Positions 20,762 to 30,478 are shown, numbered from the stretch's first letter. The stretch is 64,000 bases of DNA from an uncultured virus (IMG/VR IMGVR_UViG_3300025871_000007) (IMGVR_UViG_3300025871_000007), one strand, 5' to 3'. Notes: generated from the sequence alone by a model not told the origin. Numbers and translations: made by a program.

Positions 20762-20800
20762 AAGTTTTATTTAGGAAATAATAATTCTTAAATAAAACTT
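20762..20800. repeat. Inverted repeat/hairpin upstream of tnpB (candidate IS left end)
   Basis: AAGTTTTATTTAGGAA-N7-TTCTTAAATAAAACTT: 16-bp stem with one mismatch. Confidence 0.6.
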
Positions 20801-20848
20801 TTAATATAGTTTTTACAGATTTTGTAAAATTTTAGATTGTTTAGATTA

Positions 20849-21511
20849 TTATGAGGGTATAATTAGCTGTTTAGAGGTATCACCTGAATCTATCCATTGT
20901 ATTATTCTAGGTATTTTAGATCTAATTTCAAAGAAATTACACCAATCTTGTAATCTAAGTAATCTTCTCTTCACATCATTTATACTTTCTTGCGTAGGAG
21001 GAGTCATTCTGCATAAAGCACCTTTAGTGCCGTCTAGCTTTATCATTTTCCAATATCTACCACGTAATCTATTAGTAAGATGTGAAGGTTTAGTTATATC
21101 TTTAGGAAGCATAAATCTAATTAATTCAAAATCACATGAGAAACTATGAAAATTATGAATTGTACATCTTCCATTAGTTTTATCTAATTGTTCGCATCTA
21201 TCTGAATATTTAACAGTTCTTTTAACAGCTTTAAGGGTATATGTTTTATTATTAAAATCTACTGGTTTATCTATTACTTCAATACTGGGAGGTGTTTGTT
21301 CTGAAGGTAGATAATCTATAGAAACAAATCTACAACATGCTCCGCAGTTTTCTGGGCAAGTAAAACCGCGCAAAAGACCAGGAGAAACAGTAAGCGTAAT
21401 AGGATGATATTCTTGTCCCTGATATACAAATGGAACTTCAGTTACAGAACTGAAAAATTGAGTTATTATTCTAGGTATTGAGTCATTTTCTTTTGAATAA
21501 TTTGAATTCAT
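20849..21511 (-). CDS. YkgJ/CxxCxxCC-like Zn/Fe-chelating protein
   Basis: CPENCGACCRF, CEQLDKTNGRCTIH...SC. Confidence 0.6.
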   Translation of the reverse strand: MNSNYSKENDSIPRIITQFFSSVTEVPFVYQGQEYHPITLTVSPGLLRGFTCPENCGACCRFVSIDYLPSEQTPPSIEVIDKPVDFNNKTYTLKAVKRTVKYSDRCEQLDKTNGRCTIHNFHSFSCDFELIRFMLPKDITKPSHLTNRLRGRYWKMIKLDGTKGALCRMTPPTQESINDVKRRLLRLQDWCNFFEIRSKIPRIIQWIDSGDTSKQLIIPS

Positions 21512-21552
21512 TTCTTTTCCTTTAGTAAATAAATATATTATAGTAATATCAT

Positions 21553-21573
21553 CCTGCTTATAAAATAAGCAGG
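21553..21573. repeat. Perfect 9-bp hairpin in AT-rich region next to iterons
   Basis: CCTGCTTAT-AAA-ATAAGCAGG. Confidence 0.6.
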
Positions 21574-21624
21574 TACTATATTTTACTCTATATTTATATT
21601 CTCTATATATTCTCTATTATATAG

Positions 21625-21712
21625 AACCAAGGCGTTTGCCTTGTTTAACCAAGGCGGGCACGCTGTTTAACCAAGGCGTTTGCCTTGTTTAACCAAGGCG
21701 TTTGCCTTGTTT
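21625..21712. repeat. 4 x 22-bp tandem repeat (iteron-like; candidate replication origin)
   Basis: AACCAAGGCGTTTGCCTTGTTT at 21625, 21669 and 21691; variant AACCAAGGCGGGCACGCTGTTT at 21647. Confidence 0.9.
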
Positions 21713-22367
21713 ACATTGATTGTTCTTTATGATAAATAGATATAAGTTTATCATTCTTTTTTCTTTTTAATGTTAATTCTAAAGATTTTTTACGATCTTC
21801 TTCTATATCCTTTTCTTTCTGTAATTCCTGTAATTTTTTAGCTACTACTTCCTCTTTAATACATCTTTCTTTATCTAAACTCGATATGTATTCATCTTTA
21901 AATAACGATGGAAATAAATCTATATATACTTCTTCTAAAGGAAAATTAATAGTTAATAAACTTCCTATAATTCTTTTAATATTTACTCTATATTCATAAG
22001 TATTTTTACTTTGTGCAGAATACTGTTTAGATTTTCTTCTTTTAATATATCCTAAATAAGTTAGTTCTGTTAATTCTTTACGTATTGTTGCTTCATCAGA
22101 CTTTAGCATAGTTTCTTGTTTAAATATATTACCTGATTTATGTATCCAGCAACATTCTTTGATTTCTTTATCAGTAAATTCCTCTTCAAGATATTCTTGT
22201 ATTTCTTTTTCTTTAAATCCTCTATCTGTCCAATATAATAAATGATTTAACAAAATTGCTTTATTATTAGACCCACTAATATCTATTAACTCTTTTCGTA
22301 TAACGGTTACTGGCCATTTTTTAAAATGATTTTGTTGTAATTTTTTTGTTTTTTTCTTATCCTGCAT
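21711..22367 (-). CDS. Phage replication-initiator-like winged-helix protein
   Basis: AILLNHLLYW...WIHKS...TIRKELTELTYLGYI...YEYRVN resembles N-terminal wHTH domains of phage replication initiators; abuts the tandem repeats. Confidence 0.6.
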   Translation of the reverse strand: MQDKKKTKKLQQNHFKKWPVTVIRKELIDISGSNNKAILLNHLLYWTDRGFKEKEIQEYLEEEFTDKEIKECCWIHKSGNIFKQETMLKSDEATIRKELTELTYLGYIKRRKSKQYSAQSKNTYEYRVNIKRIIGSLLTINFPLEEVYIDLFPSLFKDEYISSLDKERCIKEEVVAKKLQELQKEKDIEEDRKKSLELTLKRKKNDKLISIYHKEQSM

Positions 22368-22447
22368 ATACTCTCTCTTTTTATTATATGTATAGTATAA
22401 ATATAAATATATAGAAAAACTATAAAATTCTATATATATTATACCAT

Positions 22448-22954
22448 ATGAAAACTATTACTACTGAATTTAAAGAATTATGTATTTCTAAGCTAGGTCA
22501 AAATAATGGAGAAAGAGTATACTTTTTTTATATGAAATTATCTAAAAAAAGTTATTCTACTGAAAAAGGTTTAAATTTAACTACAAGAAGATCTAAAAGC
22601 TTAAATTATTTATTAGATAATTATGGAGAAGAAGCTCTTTTAAAAACGATCGATATTTTTGAAAAGAAAATAGAGTCTGGTTCTGCTACGGTTTTAACTA
22701 TACCTTATTTTAATAAATGTGTTGAAAATTACAAACCAGAGATTTCTGTTCAATCTAATCCTTTATTTAATTCACAAGGATCACAAGAACAAATTTATCC
22801 TATAAAACTTAAACAACTATATGATAATCCAATTGAAGCATTAAAATGGTTATATAAATGCTCAGGATGTAATACAGAATTTGATGGATTTAATGAAACA
22901 TGCCCTAGTTGTAAGAAACTAATTAATTGGAAACTGGTTATTAACAATGTTTAA
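22448..22954 (+). CDS. Hypothetical protein with C-terminal Zn ribbon
   Basis: CSGC...CPSC at the C-terminus; first gene of the plus arm. Confidence 0.55.
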   Translation: MKTITTEFKELCISKLGQNNGERVYFFYMKLSKKSYSTEKGLNLTTRRSKSLNYLLDNYGEEALLKTIDIFEKKIESGSATVLTIPYFNKCVENYKPEISVQSNPLFNSQGSQEQIYPIKLKQLYDNPIEALKWLYKCSGCNTEFDGFNETCPSCKKLINWKLVINNV

Positions 22955-23192
22955 AATCATCTCTAAAAGACAATATGAATTATATTCTAAGCTAGAACAA
23001 AGCATTGATTTACTCTTGCAACAACCACCAGATCCTTTACTTGCAGAAGATATGGATGAAGAACCTATTTCTACATCCCAACGAATAGATTTACTAAAAA
23101 TTTTTTATAAGAGATTAACTCTTGGAATTTATGGAAGTTCTTTGAAAAATAAGTTATTTAATTCTTCTCCAAAATCTAAGGATATTAAATGA
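22947..23192 (+). CDS. Hypothetical protein
   Basis: 81 aa ORF overlapping both neighbours. Confidence 0.55.
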   Translation: MFKIISKRQYELYSKLEQSIDLLLQQPPDPLLAEDMDEEPISTSQRIDLLKIFYKRLTLGIYGSSLKNKLFNSSPKSKDIK

Positions 23193-24307
23193 TTTTATTC
23201 TTTGCAGATCTACATTTAGGTATTAAAACTTACTCTTCTTATGATAATAAAGGACTAACTACCGCTGAATACGAAGCTAGAAAAGTCTTAGAAGCAATTT
23301 ATTCTAGATCACAAGCTTCTGATATTACATCAATTATTTGTGGTGGTGATTTCTTTCATACTAACCAACCTAGTTCAGAAAATATAAGTTTTGCTATTTC
23401 TTGGTTTCTTAAAATGGATAAGTTAAATAAACCATTTTATATTATACCTGGAAATCACGATGCAGCACTATATTCTAATAGCTTAATATTCTTAAATTCT
23501 TTGAATACTAAAAATATTAAACTTATTCTTCAACCTACAGAGTATAAATGGAATGAATGGAATCTTAATTTTATTCCATATATTTATTCTGATACTATGA
23601 AGAGTAAAGAAAAAGAATTTGAATCTAATATTTTACAAGCTATATCTTCTGCAGATACTAAAACTATTATAATATCTCACATTCAAGAATGTACTGCAAA
23701 AATAGGAACTGAATCTATAATGATATCAAAAGGTGTAGATATTATTGACATAAATAATATTCATTATTCTAAAGATTTATATTTACTTTCTGGTCACATG
23801 CACAAACAGCAATCATATAAAAAAGGACATATGACAGTTGCTTATCCAGGAAGTTGTTTTTACCAAGACATAACAGATTGTAATATATTAAAAGGATTTT
23901 TATTATTTAATGCACAAGGTAATATTTCTTTTGAAGAAATATCTTCTATTAGAAAGTTTATTTCTATTTATATTCCTAAAGATATGGATTATGAAAGAAT
24001 TATTGAAATGCGAAGATTACAAAATAATTCTGTAATTTTTCTTTCTTTAGAACAAGAAAAAGATATAAATACAGAAGACCATATTAAACAATTATTATCT
24101 ATTAAGAATTGCTTACTTGGTAATATAAAGTGGAATCAAAGTGCTTCTTCAGATGAAATTATATCTTCTTTTTTAACAAATTGTGATCCCTATCTACTGC
24201 TAAAAGAAGATATTGATAGTAAAGAAGATTTATCTATGGATATAAAGAAAGATTTAATTAATAAAGGTTTTTCTTATCTAGATTTAATTACTGGTAATAC
24301 ACGTTGA
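23189..24307 (+). CDS. sbcD: SbcD/Mre11-like nuclease
   Basis: ADLHLG, GGDFFH, PGNHD, SGHMH and YPGS motifs; coupled to an SMC-like ATPase. Confidence 0.88.
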   Translation: MILFFADLHLGIKTYSSYDNKGLTTAEYEARKVLEAIYSRSQASDITSIICGGDFFHTNQPSSENISFAISWFLKMDKLNKPFYIIPGNHDAALYSNSLIFLNSLNTKNIKLILQPTEYKWNEWNLNFIPYIYSDTMKSKEKEFESNILQAISSADTKTIIISHIQECTAKIGTESIMISKGVDIIDINNIHYSKDLYLLSGHMHKQQSYKKGHMTVAYPGSCFYQDITDCNILKGFLLFNAQGNISFEEISSIRKFISIYIPKDMDYERIIEMRRLQNNSVIFLSLEQEKDINTEDHIKQLLSIKNCLLGNIKWNQSASSDEIISSFLTNCDPYLLLKEDIDSKEDLSMDIKKDLINKGFSYLDLITGNTR

Positions 24308-26397
24308 TTATACAAGAGATTATTTTAAAAGGCTTCGGTTCTTACCGTGATTTAACTCATATTAAAATACCACTAGGTTTAACTGGTATTGTAGGTTCTT
24401 ATTGTAGTAATGAAGTTAAATCTGTAGGTGCAGGTAAAACTACTATTGTATCTGCTTTAAACTATGCATTTTTTGGAAAAGGTGAATTTGATAAGATAGA
24501 AGAAATAATTAATGATCAATTATCACCTAAAGATGGATTTTTTGTTAAAGTTATTTTTTCTCAAGGTAATACTGTTTATGAAGTAGAAAGAGGAAAGAAT
24601 CCAGATTCTTATTTAGAGTTTACTGAAAATGGAATTTCTAGAGGAGATCCTAAGATAGATAAAAGAACAGAAGAAATTCAGAAAGTAATTGGTATGGATT
24701 ATCAAATGTTCACAGCTTCTATTTTCTTTGAACAAGATAGATTAAATAAACTTGTAGATACAGATCCTTCTACTAGGAGAAATTATATTGAAAAAGTTTT
24801 AGGTATAGATATTTGGTCTTCTGCTTCTAAACTTATAATAAAAGATAAAAATTCTATTAAAAAAGATCTAGAGTCTTTATCTGAATCTATTTCTTCTCTA
24901 AATCTACTTATAAATGATTATACTATTCAGATATCTAATTTAGAAGATATTGCTAAAGATCTTTCTTATAAAGAAATTAGAAAACAAGAATTATTAGAAA
25001 AGCTTACATCTTTACAAGATTTTAAAAATAATAGGGAATTATTAAGAGATTATACCTCAGAAAAGCATGTTATTGAAACTAAGAAACAATATTATTCTAG
25101 TAAATTAGAACAACTAGCTTTACAAGATGCTAATGACGCAAAAGAATTACTCCCTTTAGAAAAAAAATTAGTAATATGCAATCAGGATTTACTGAAAATA
25201 AAACAAGAAAGAAGTAAATTAAAAGTAGATTTAGATATAGTAAATATTGCTGTAGAAAAACTTAATGAAGAAATTCATTCTTTAACTTCAGATTTAGCAG
25301 GGCATAATGTTGCATTAAATCATTTAAGGCAGTTAAAAAAAGAACTAAAGGAAGGTATTTGTCCAACTTGTACTCAAGAAATCTCAAAAGAATTCATAAT
25401 AGCTAAACATCTTTCCTTAGATAAAGAAATCCAGTGTATAGTAAATAATATTAATAATATTTTTGAAAAACAAGCATTTCTTAAACAAGAGATAGATAAT
25501 TTAAATCAAAAAAATCTAAAGATTTTATTAACAGATAAAGATAAGATATTAGATAATCTTATTAACGAGGAAACAATATTATCTAAACAAATATCTACTA
25601 TAACTTCAAGGATTACAACTAAAGATTCTTTGCATCAAGAATTTTCTGAACATCTAAAAGAATTAGAAGAAAAAGAAAAATTCATAGATTTAAAAATTGC
25701 AGAACTTGAAAAATTACTTACTTCTTCTATTAGTATAGAAATACTTTCAGATTTAGAAAAAGAATCTAGAGAAATAGAAGAAAGTATTAATAAATTACAT
25801 CAAGATATAGGTAGATTAAATAAAATACGAGAAGATCTTGTTATATTACAAACAGAAAAAGATGTAAAAGAAAAAACTTTAAAAGAAAAAGAACAAGATT
25901 TTTCTATCTCCAAAATTCTAGAAGAAGAATTTACAAGAATACCAAGCAGTATTTTAACATCTTCTGTTTCTTGTATAGAAAAAGAAGCAGGTAATATTAT
26001 TCATTCATTTTTTCCTGAAATGAATATTATAGTTCAAGAAGATCTAACTAAAGTTAATAAACCTCTTCAAGTATTTTTTACTATAGATGGAAAAAGAAGA
26101 AATTATAAAAGATTATCAGGTGGTCAACGTACTATAGCTAATCTGGCATTAAGGTTAGGTTTTTCTAAAGTTATTTCATCCAGAGTAGGTGTGCAATTAA
26201 ATTTTCTAATTTTAGATGAGCCTTTTGCTTTTCTAGATAATCATAATAGAGAAATCGTGAAAAAAATATTAATGGAACTTAAAAAATCGTTTTCTCAAAT
26301 CATTGTTATATCACATGTGGATAATATCCAAGATTTTCCTAATTTGATAAAAGTAATGATGGGAGAAGATGGTGTGAGTAGAATATCTACTAATTAA
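24304..26397 (+). CDS. sbcC: SbcC/Rad50-like ATPase
   Basis: Walker A GAGKTT, coiled coil with CPTC Zn hook, LSGGQ signature, LILDEPF Walker B, ISH. Confidence 0.9.
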   Translation: MIIQEIILKGFGSYRDLTHIKIPLGLTGIVGSYCSNEVKSVGAGKTTIVSALNYAFFGKGEFDKIEEIINDQLSPKDGFFVKVIFSQGNTVYEVERGKNPDSYLEFTENGISRGDPKIDKRTEEIQKVIGMDYQMFTASIFFEQDRLNKLVDTDPSTRRNYIEKVLGIDIWSSASKLIIKDKNSIKKDLESLSESISSLNLLINDYTIQISNLEDIAKDLSYKEIRKQELLEKLTSLQDFKNNRELLRDYTSEKHVIETKKQYYSSKLEQLALQDANDAKELLPLEKKLVICNQDLLKIKQERSKLKVDLDIVNIAVEKLNEEIHSLTSDLAGHNVALNHLRQLKKELKEGICPTCTQEISKEFIIAKHLSLDKEIQCIVNNINNIFEKQAFLKQEIDNLNQKNLKILLTDKDKILDNLINEETILSKQISTITSRITTKDSLHQEFSEHLKELEEKEKFIDLKIAELEKLLTSSISIEILSDLEKESREIEESINKLHQDIGRLNKIREDLVILQTEKDVKEKTLKEKEQDFSISKILEEEFTRIPSSILTSSVSCIEKEAGNIIHSFFPEMNIIVQEDLTKVNKPLQVFFTIDGKRRNYKRLSGGQRTIANLALRLGFSKVISSRVGVQLNFLILDEPFAFLDNHNREIVKKILMELKKSFSQIIVISHVDNIQDFPNLIKVMMGEDGVSRISTN

Positions 26398-26413
26398 TTA
26401 AGGAGCAGTACAA

Positions 26414-27832
26414 ATGATATTAACTAAATTATATGAGGAGTTTCTTAAAAATACAAATCTAACAGACTCTACTTATAAAACAACCTTCGTTAGAATTCAA
26501 GATATATTTGATTACCTAAATCAGATTTCTTTTAAAACATTTAAGTATACATTAAACGACGATTCTTTTATATATGATTTCGAAGAATCCTCGTCTAAAG
26601 TTCCTTCTTATGTGATTGAAACGATGAAGAATATGTTTGATAAATTCTTCTCTTTTCCTGTAGGAACTTCTATAACTTTAGAAGTATACTACAACAATTT
26701 AGTTTATCGTGTGGTACACGAAGACGGTAGAATTATAATTCCACCACAATTAGAGTTTATGGAAAAATATAAGCTATTTCCTTTCTTTATTGCTACATTA
26801 CAAGAAAAAGACGCATACGATACTTTTGAATATCTTTTTAGATTTTTATATATCAAAGAAGCACAAAAGAATTCATTTACACCTTTAAGAAATTTGTTTG
26901 AAAGAAAAGATGCAATACAGGAAATAGATGATGGAGAAATATCTGAAAAATCTATTAGTTCTTATAGCCTAGTAATAGAAGATTTGCAAGATAATAAAGA
27001 AAAAATTATAAAACAAATAGAAAAGAATAAAAAGAAACGAGAAGAACTACGTGATTTGAAGAATAATTTAATTCAATTCGCCCATTTTAAAGATAAGTAC
27101 GAATTAGAGTATAATTCTCTAACAGACGATTTTAAATATCTTAAAGAACAAAAAAATAGTTATCTAAAAAAATATCAAGAAATCCTAGAACTTATTAAAG
27201 AAATAGACGGTCATTTATCTGATATTAATGCAGCAGAAGAAAAAGATAATACACAACTCAAATATTACCTAGATCAAAAGAAATTTTTACAAGATAAAGG
27301 TGCTATGTTTACTAATACTATAAAAGAATTAGGAGATATGCAAGAAACAACTAAATTTAGATTAGAAGAATTAGATGTTACATTTCAAAAATATAAATCT
27401 TTTAATTTACAAGATTTAGATAAGCTTTCTAAAGATTTAGAAAAGTTGGAAATTAAAGAAGAAAAATTACATATGTCTCTTATAGAAATAGACGGTAATA
27501 TAAAACATGCAAAAGAAGCACAAAATGATACTGCAATAAAACTAGAAAAATCTAGTTATGCGGATCACGTAGTAAATAGTAGTATGATACAAGCAATACC
27601 TGATTTTCTTGCTAAACCTGATTTTCCACAATCTGTAACAATTGTTAGAAACTATCTAAAACAATATTTTGTATATCTTTGTGAAAAAGCTATTCAAGAA
27701 TTGGATATTAAAGAATTAACTACTTCTATTATATTTAATATATTAAGAGACAGTTTTGGATTTAATCCTTTAATATTATTTTCAGCAGAAGAATTAAAAG
27801 GATTTTCTAATATAATTGAGATAGAAAATTAA
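26414..27832 (+). CDS. Coiled-coil protein, SMC-like architecture without visible ATPase motifs
   Basis: Long heptad K/E/L-rich centre. Confidence 0.55.
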   Translation: MILTKLYEEFLKNTNLTDSTYKTTFVRIQDIFDYLNQISFKTFKYTLNDDSFIYDFEESSSKVPSYVIETMKNMFDKFFSFPVGTSITLEVYYNNLVYRVVHEDGRIIIPPQLEFMEKYKLFPFFIATLQEKDAYDTFEYLFRFLYIKEAQKNSFTPLRNLFERKDAIQEIDDGEISEKSISSYSLVIEDLQDNKEKIIKQIEKNKKKREELRDLKNNLIQFAHFKDKYELEYNSLTDDFKYLKEQKNSYLKKYQEILELIKEIDGHLSDINAAEEKDNTQLKYYLDQKKFLQDKGAMFTNTIKELGDMQETTKFRLEELDVTFQKYKSFNLQDLDKLSKDLEKLEIKEEKLHMSLIEIDGNIKHAKEAQNDTAIKLEKSSYADHVVNSSMIQAIPDFLAKPDFPQSVTIVRNYLKQYFVYLCEKAIQELDIKELTTSIIFNILRDSFGFNPLILFSAEELKGFSNIIEIEN

Positions 27833-27833
27833 C

Positions 27834-28220
27834 ATGAATTTTGAGATACGAAAAGCATTTTCTTTTCTAAAGAAGTTTAAGAAATTAAAAAATCAAATAG
27901 AAGTATCTAATCAACACACTCAAGCTATAAATGAACAAAAAGAAAAGTTAGATCTATTTGAATTTGAAATTCTAAAAGAAAAATCTGAAGAGTATTATAT
28001 ATCTTTTCAAGATTTTCTTTTCTTTATAGAAAACGAACAATATTCGTTAAGAGATATTTTGTCTAGATTTAAGCATATAGGCGAATTAGATAAAAAGAAA
28101 TTTTCTTATCTTGAAGCTTATGCTATACCAACAGAAGATGGAATTTTATTAACAACTAATCAACCTGAGGGAAAGAAAGTAAACAAAGTAAAAATTGTTT
28201 CCTGTTCTACAAAACAATGA
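27834..28220 (+). CDS. Hypothetical protein
   Basis: 128 aa ORF in operon. Confidence 0.55.
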   Translation: MNFEIRKAFSFLKKFKKLKNQIEVSNQHTQAINEQKEKLDLFEFEILKEKSEEYYISFQDFLFFIENEQYSLRDILSRFKHIGELDKKKFSYLEAYAIPTEDGILLTTNQPEGKKVNKVKIVSCSTKQ

Positions 28221-29044
28221 ATAAAGAATTAGAAGTTAAAGAAGCTGAAATTATTGAACAATCTATAGATTCAACAGCTGTAGTACCTGCATGTTCTTCT
28301 GCAGTAAGTGTATCTAACTCACAAGATACACTAGAGGATCTATATGGATACTATGCAGGTGGTAAATCGCATCTTTGTCCTATCTGTCAAAAATCTAATC
28401 ATATGGAAATCAATCTTCTTCGTGCTAGAGATCATTTAAGTTATGATGAAATAGCTAGAAGAATGAAATCTGCTGCAGTAACACCTTCTAATCTAGAAAA
28501 ACATTTTAAAAATCATTTTATAATTGCGGAAAGGCAAAGAAAACTTATAGCATTAAAAGAGGATAGCACTAGTTCTGCAGATCTTGCTTTGGTGAATAAA
28601 ATCTTTGAAGGAGAAATGGATATCTTTGCTGCTACACAAGCAATTCTAGAATCTAAATCTAGAAGGCATTTAGCAGTAATGAATAGATTAGAATTTTTAA
28701 AAGCGCATTTAGAAGTAGATACTGCTGATGATATAGATAAACAAGAATTTATTCAATTAAATAAAACAGCGGGTGAAATAGAGGATTCAATGGAGAAGAT
28801 AGTCTCGTTACGAGATAAAAAATTATTTCCTGCTTCTCAAGTAGAATTATCCAATGCTATACTCAAATGGAAATTAAATACTTTTGCTAAATTAATAGAT
28901 AGTTTGCAATTTGCACTTCTTAAACTAGAAAAAGATCCAAGACATACTTTAATTATTGCAGAAATAAGATCAGAATTAGCAAAAAATTTAAGTCCAATAG
29001 AAGATGAAATATTAAGATCCGGTGGAATATTAGGTAACAAGTAG
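28217..29044 (+). CDS. Zn-finger/HTH protein (possible terminase small subunit or regulator)
   Basis: CPIC...SYDEIARR...HFKNH followed by a helical region. Confidence 0.35.
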   Translation: MNKELEVKEAEIIEQSIDSTAVVPACSSAVSVSNSQDTLEDLYGYYAGGKSHLCPICQKSNHMEINLLRARDHLSYDEIARRMKSAAVTPSNLEKHFKNHFIIAERQRKLIALKEDSTSSADLALVNKIFEGEMDIFAATQAILESKSRRHLAVMNRLEFLKAHLEVDTADDIDKQEFIQLNKTAGEIEDSMEKIVSLRDKKLFPASQVELSNAILKWKLNTFAKLIDSLQFALLKLEKDPRHTLIIAEIRSELAKNLSPIEDEILRSGGILGNK

Positions 29045-29053
29045 GTATTAATT

Positions 29054-29488
29054 ATGGCAAAGAACTCAATTGATGCAATTATAAACGATGCTTCTATGGC
29101 TACTATATATCTTCAAGCTTTATTATCTAATAAATCCAAATCTGAAAGTCAAAGGTTGTCAGAAAGTATTGAAGAACTTTTAGCAGATATTCTTGTTCAA
29201 GCACAAATAGCACTACAACATCTTATAGACAGAGAAAACGCAATACAAAAACTTCAAGGTACTATTATTGGTATAGAAGATGAATTAGATAGCGAAGAAT
29301 ATGCAGCAAAGGAAAGGCCTACACCTAGAAACAAAACTCCAAGAGTTGCTTCACCTGTAAGTAGACCTAATTATTTTCAACAAGAATTTGTTGCTGAAGA
29401 ACCCAAGCAAGAACAACAAGAAAACTCTACGAATAAACCCTCGTATTTAGTCAATATTTCTGAAAAAGAATCAACTACTAAACCTTAA
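29054..29488 (+). CDS. Hypothetical protein
   Basis: 144 aa ORF. Confidence 0.55.
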   Translation: MAKNSIDAIINDASMATIYLQALLSNKSKSESQRLSESIEELLADILVQAQIALQHLIDRENAIQKLQGTIIGIEDELDSEEYAAKERPTPRNKTPRVASPVSRPNYFQQEFVAEEPKQEQQENSTNKPSYLVNISEKESTTKP

Positions 29489-29533
29489 TTTTTATCGAAA
29501 CTATTTATTATTTTAAAACAGTAATGAATAGTT

Positions 29534-30172
29534 ATGAATATTCTTAATCTAACACAACAAAACTCTGAAAGAATCTTTATCGTTGGTGCTTTGGAAGGTG
29601 ATTATAAAGCACTAATTAATATTCTGTATGAACAGAATTTTAATTATAAAGATATCTTAATACTAACAGGTAATTTTATAGATAACGAGAACTATAAGAA
29701 TTTGCTAGATATTATTTATTTTTTGAAAGATAATAAAAACTGTTATTCAGTAAAGGGAAAGAAAGAAATAGATTTTCTTGAAGATTATAATGAAGATAAA
29801 TTACCTGATTTCTTAAAAGAACTTTGTACTTTAGAAGTAATATCTTATTTAGATAAATTACCCTTATGTATTCAAATTAATGATTATATAGTTGTAAGTA
29901 AGGGTTTAGAGCCTAATATTTCGTTATCACAGCAACAAGAAGAAGCATTATATTTTATACCACATTACGATAAAGAATCTAAATTTTATCAATTTGATAA
30001 TCCAGAAAAGAAATCATGGTTTGATTTTGAATTTCAAGAAGGAAAGATTTGTTTCAGCGATATAGAATTAGAAGAAATTATAGTAACAGCAGGATATAAT
30101 CTTAAGAATAGTGAAGCAATTTTATCTGCTGTAATCATATTAGATAATGATCAGCCAATAATTATTAATTAG
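29534..30172 (+). CDS. Calcineurin-like (PPP) phosphoesterase homolog with degenerate catalytic motifs
   Basis: IFIVGALEG, LTGNFID, VKGKKE and VSKG occupy the positions of GDxHG, GDxxDRG, GNHE and HAG. Confidence 0.65.
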   Translation: MNILNLTQQNSERIFIVGALEGDYKALINILYEQNFNYKDILILTGNFIDNENYKNLLDIIYFLKDNKNCYSVKGKKEIDFLEDYNEDKLPDFLKELCTLEVISYLDKLPLCIQINDYIVVSKGLEPNISLSQQQEEALYFIPHYDKESKFYQFDNPEKKSWFDFEFQEGKICFSDIELEEIIVTAGYNLKNSEAILSAVIILDNDQPIIIN

Positions 30173-30181
30173 GAGAATAGA

Positions 30182-30478
30182 ATGAAAATAAATAAGGATA
30201 TTGAAGATTTTTATAATAGATTAGCAGCGCAAGATGCATTACATTTATATCATGATGAACAACCCTTTGATATTGAATATGAAGGATATATTTCTGCAGA
30301 AGTAAATCTTTATTTCGTATTGGATAATCAAAGATTTATTGCAATATGTAATCCTTATGCTAATACAGTAAAATATATTATGACAGATTCTGGAACTACT
30401 GTAGAGGATAAAGATATAATAGAAAAAATAAAAATTGCAGCTTCTCATTTGCTAGAAGCAGGTAGATATTTAAAATAA
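30182..30478 (+). CDS. Hypothetical protein
   Basis: 98 aa, AGGAG RBS. Confidence 0.55.
   Translation: MKINKDIEDFYNRLAAQDALHLYHDEQPFDIEYEGYISAEVNLYFVLDNQRFIAICNPYANTVKYIMTDSGTTVEDKDIIEKIKIAASHLLEAGRYLK

Larger units (their letters stand above)
19140..20810 (-). mobile_element. Non-autonomous IS200/IS605-like element (tnpB only); boundaries approximate
   Basis: tnpB without tnpA, with a long hairpin directly upstream of its start. Confidence 0.45.

Noticed and set aside
21625..21712. 22-bp palindromic repeats as a CRISPR array
   Set aside because: Units are directly adjacent with no unique spacers, and no cas operon is nearby.
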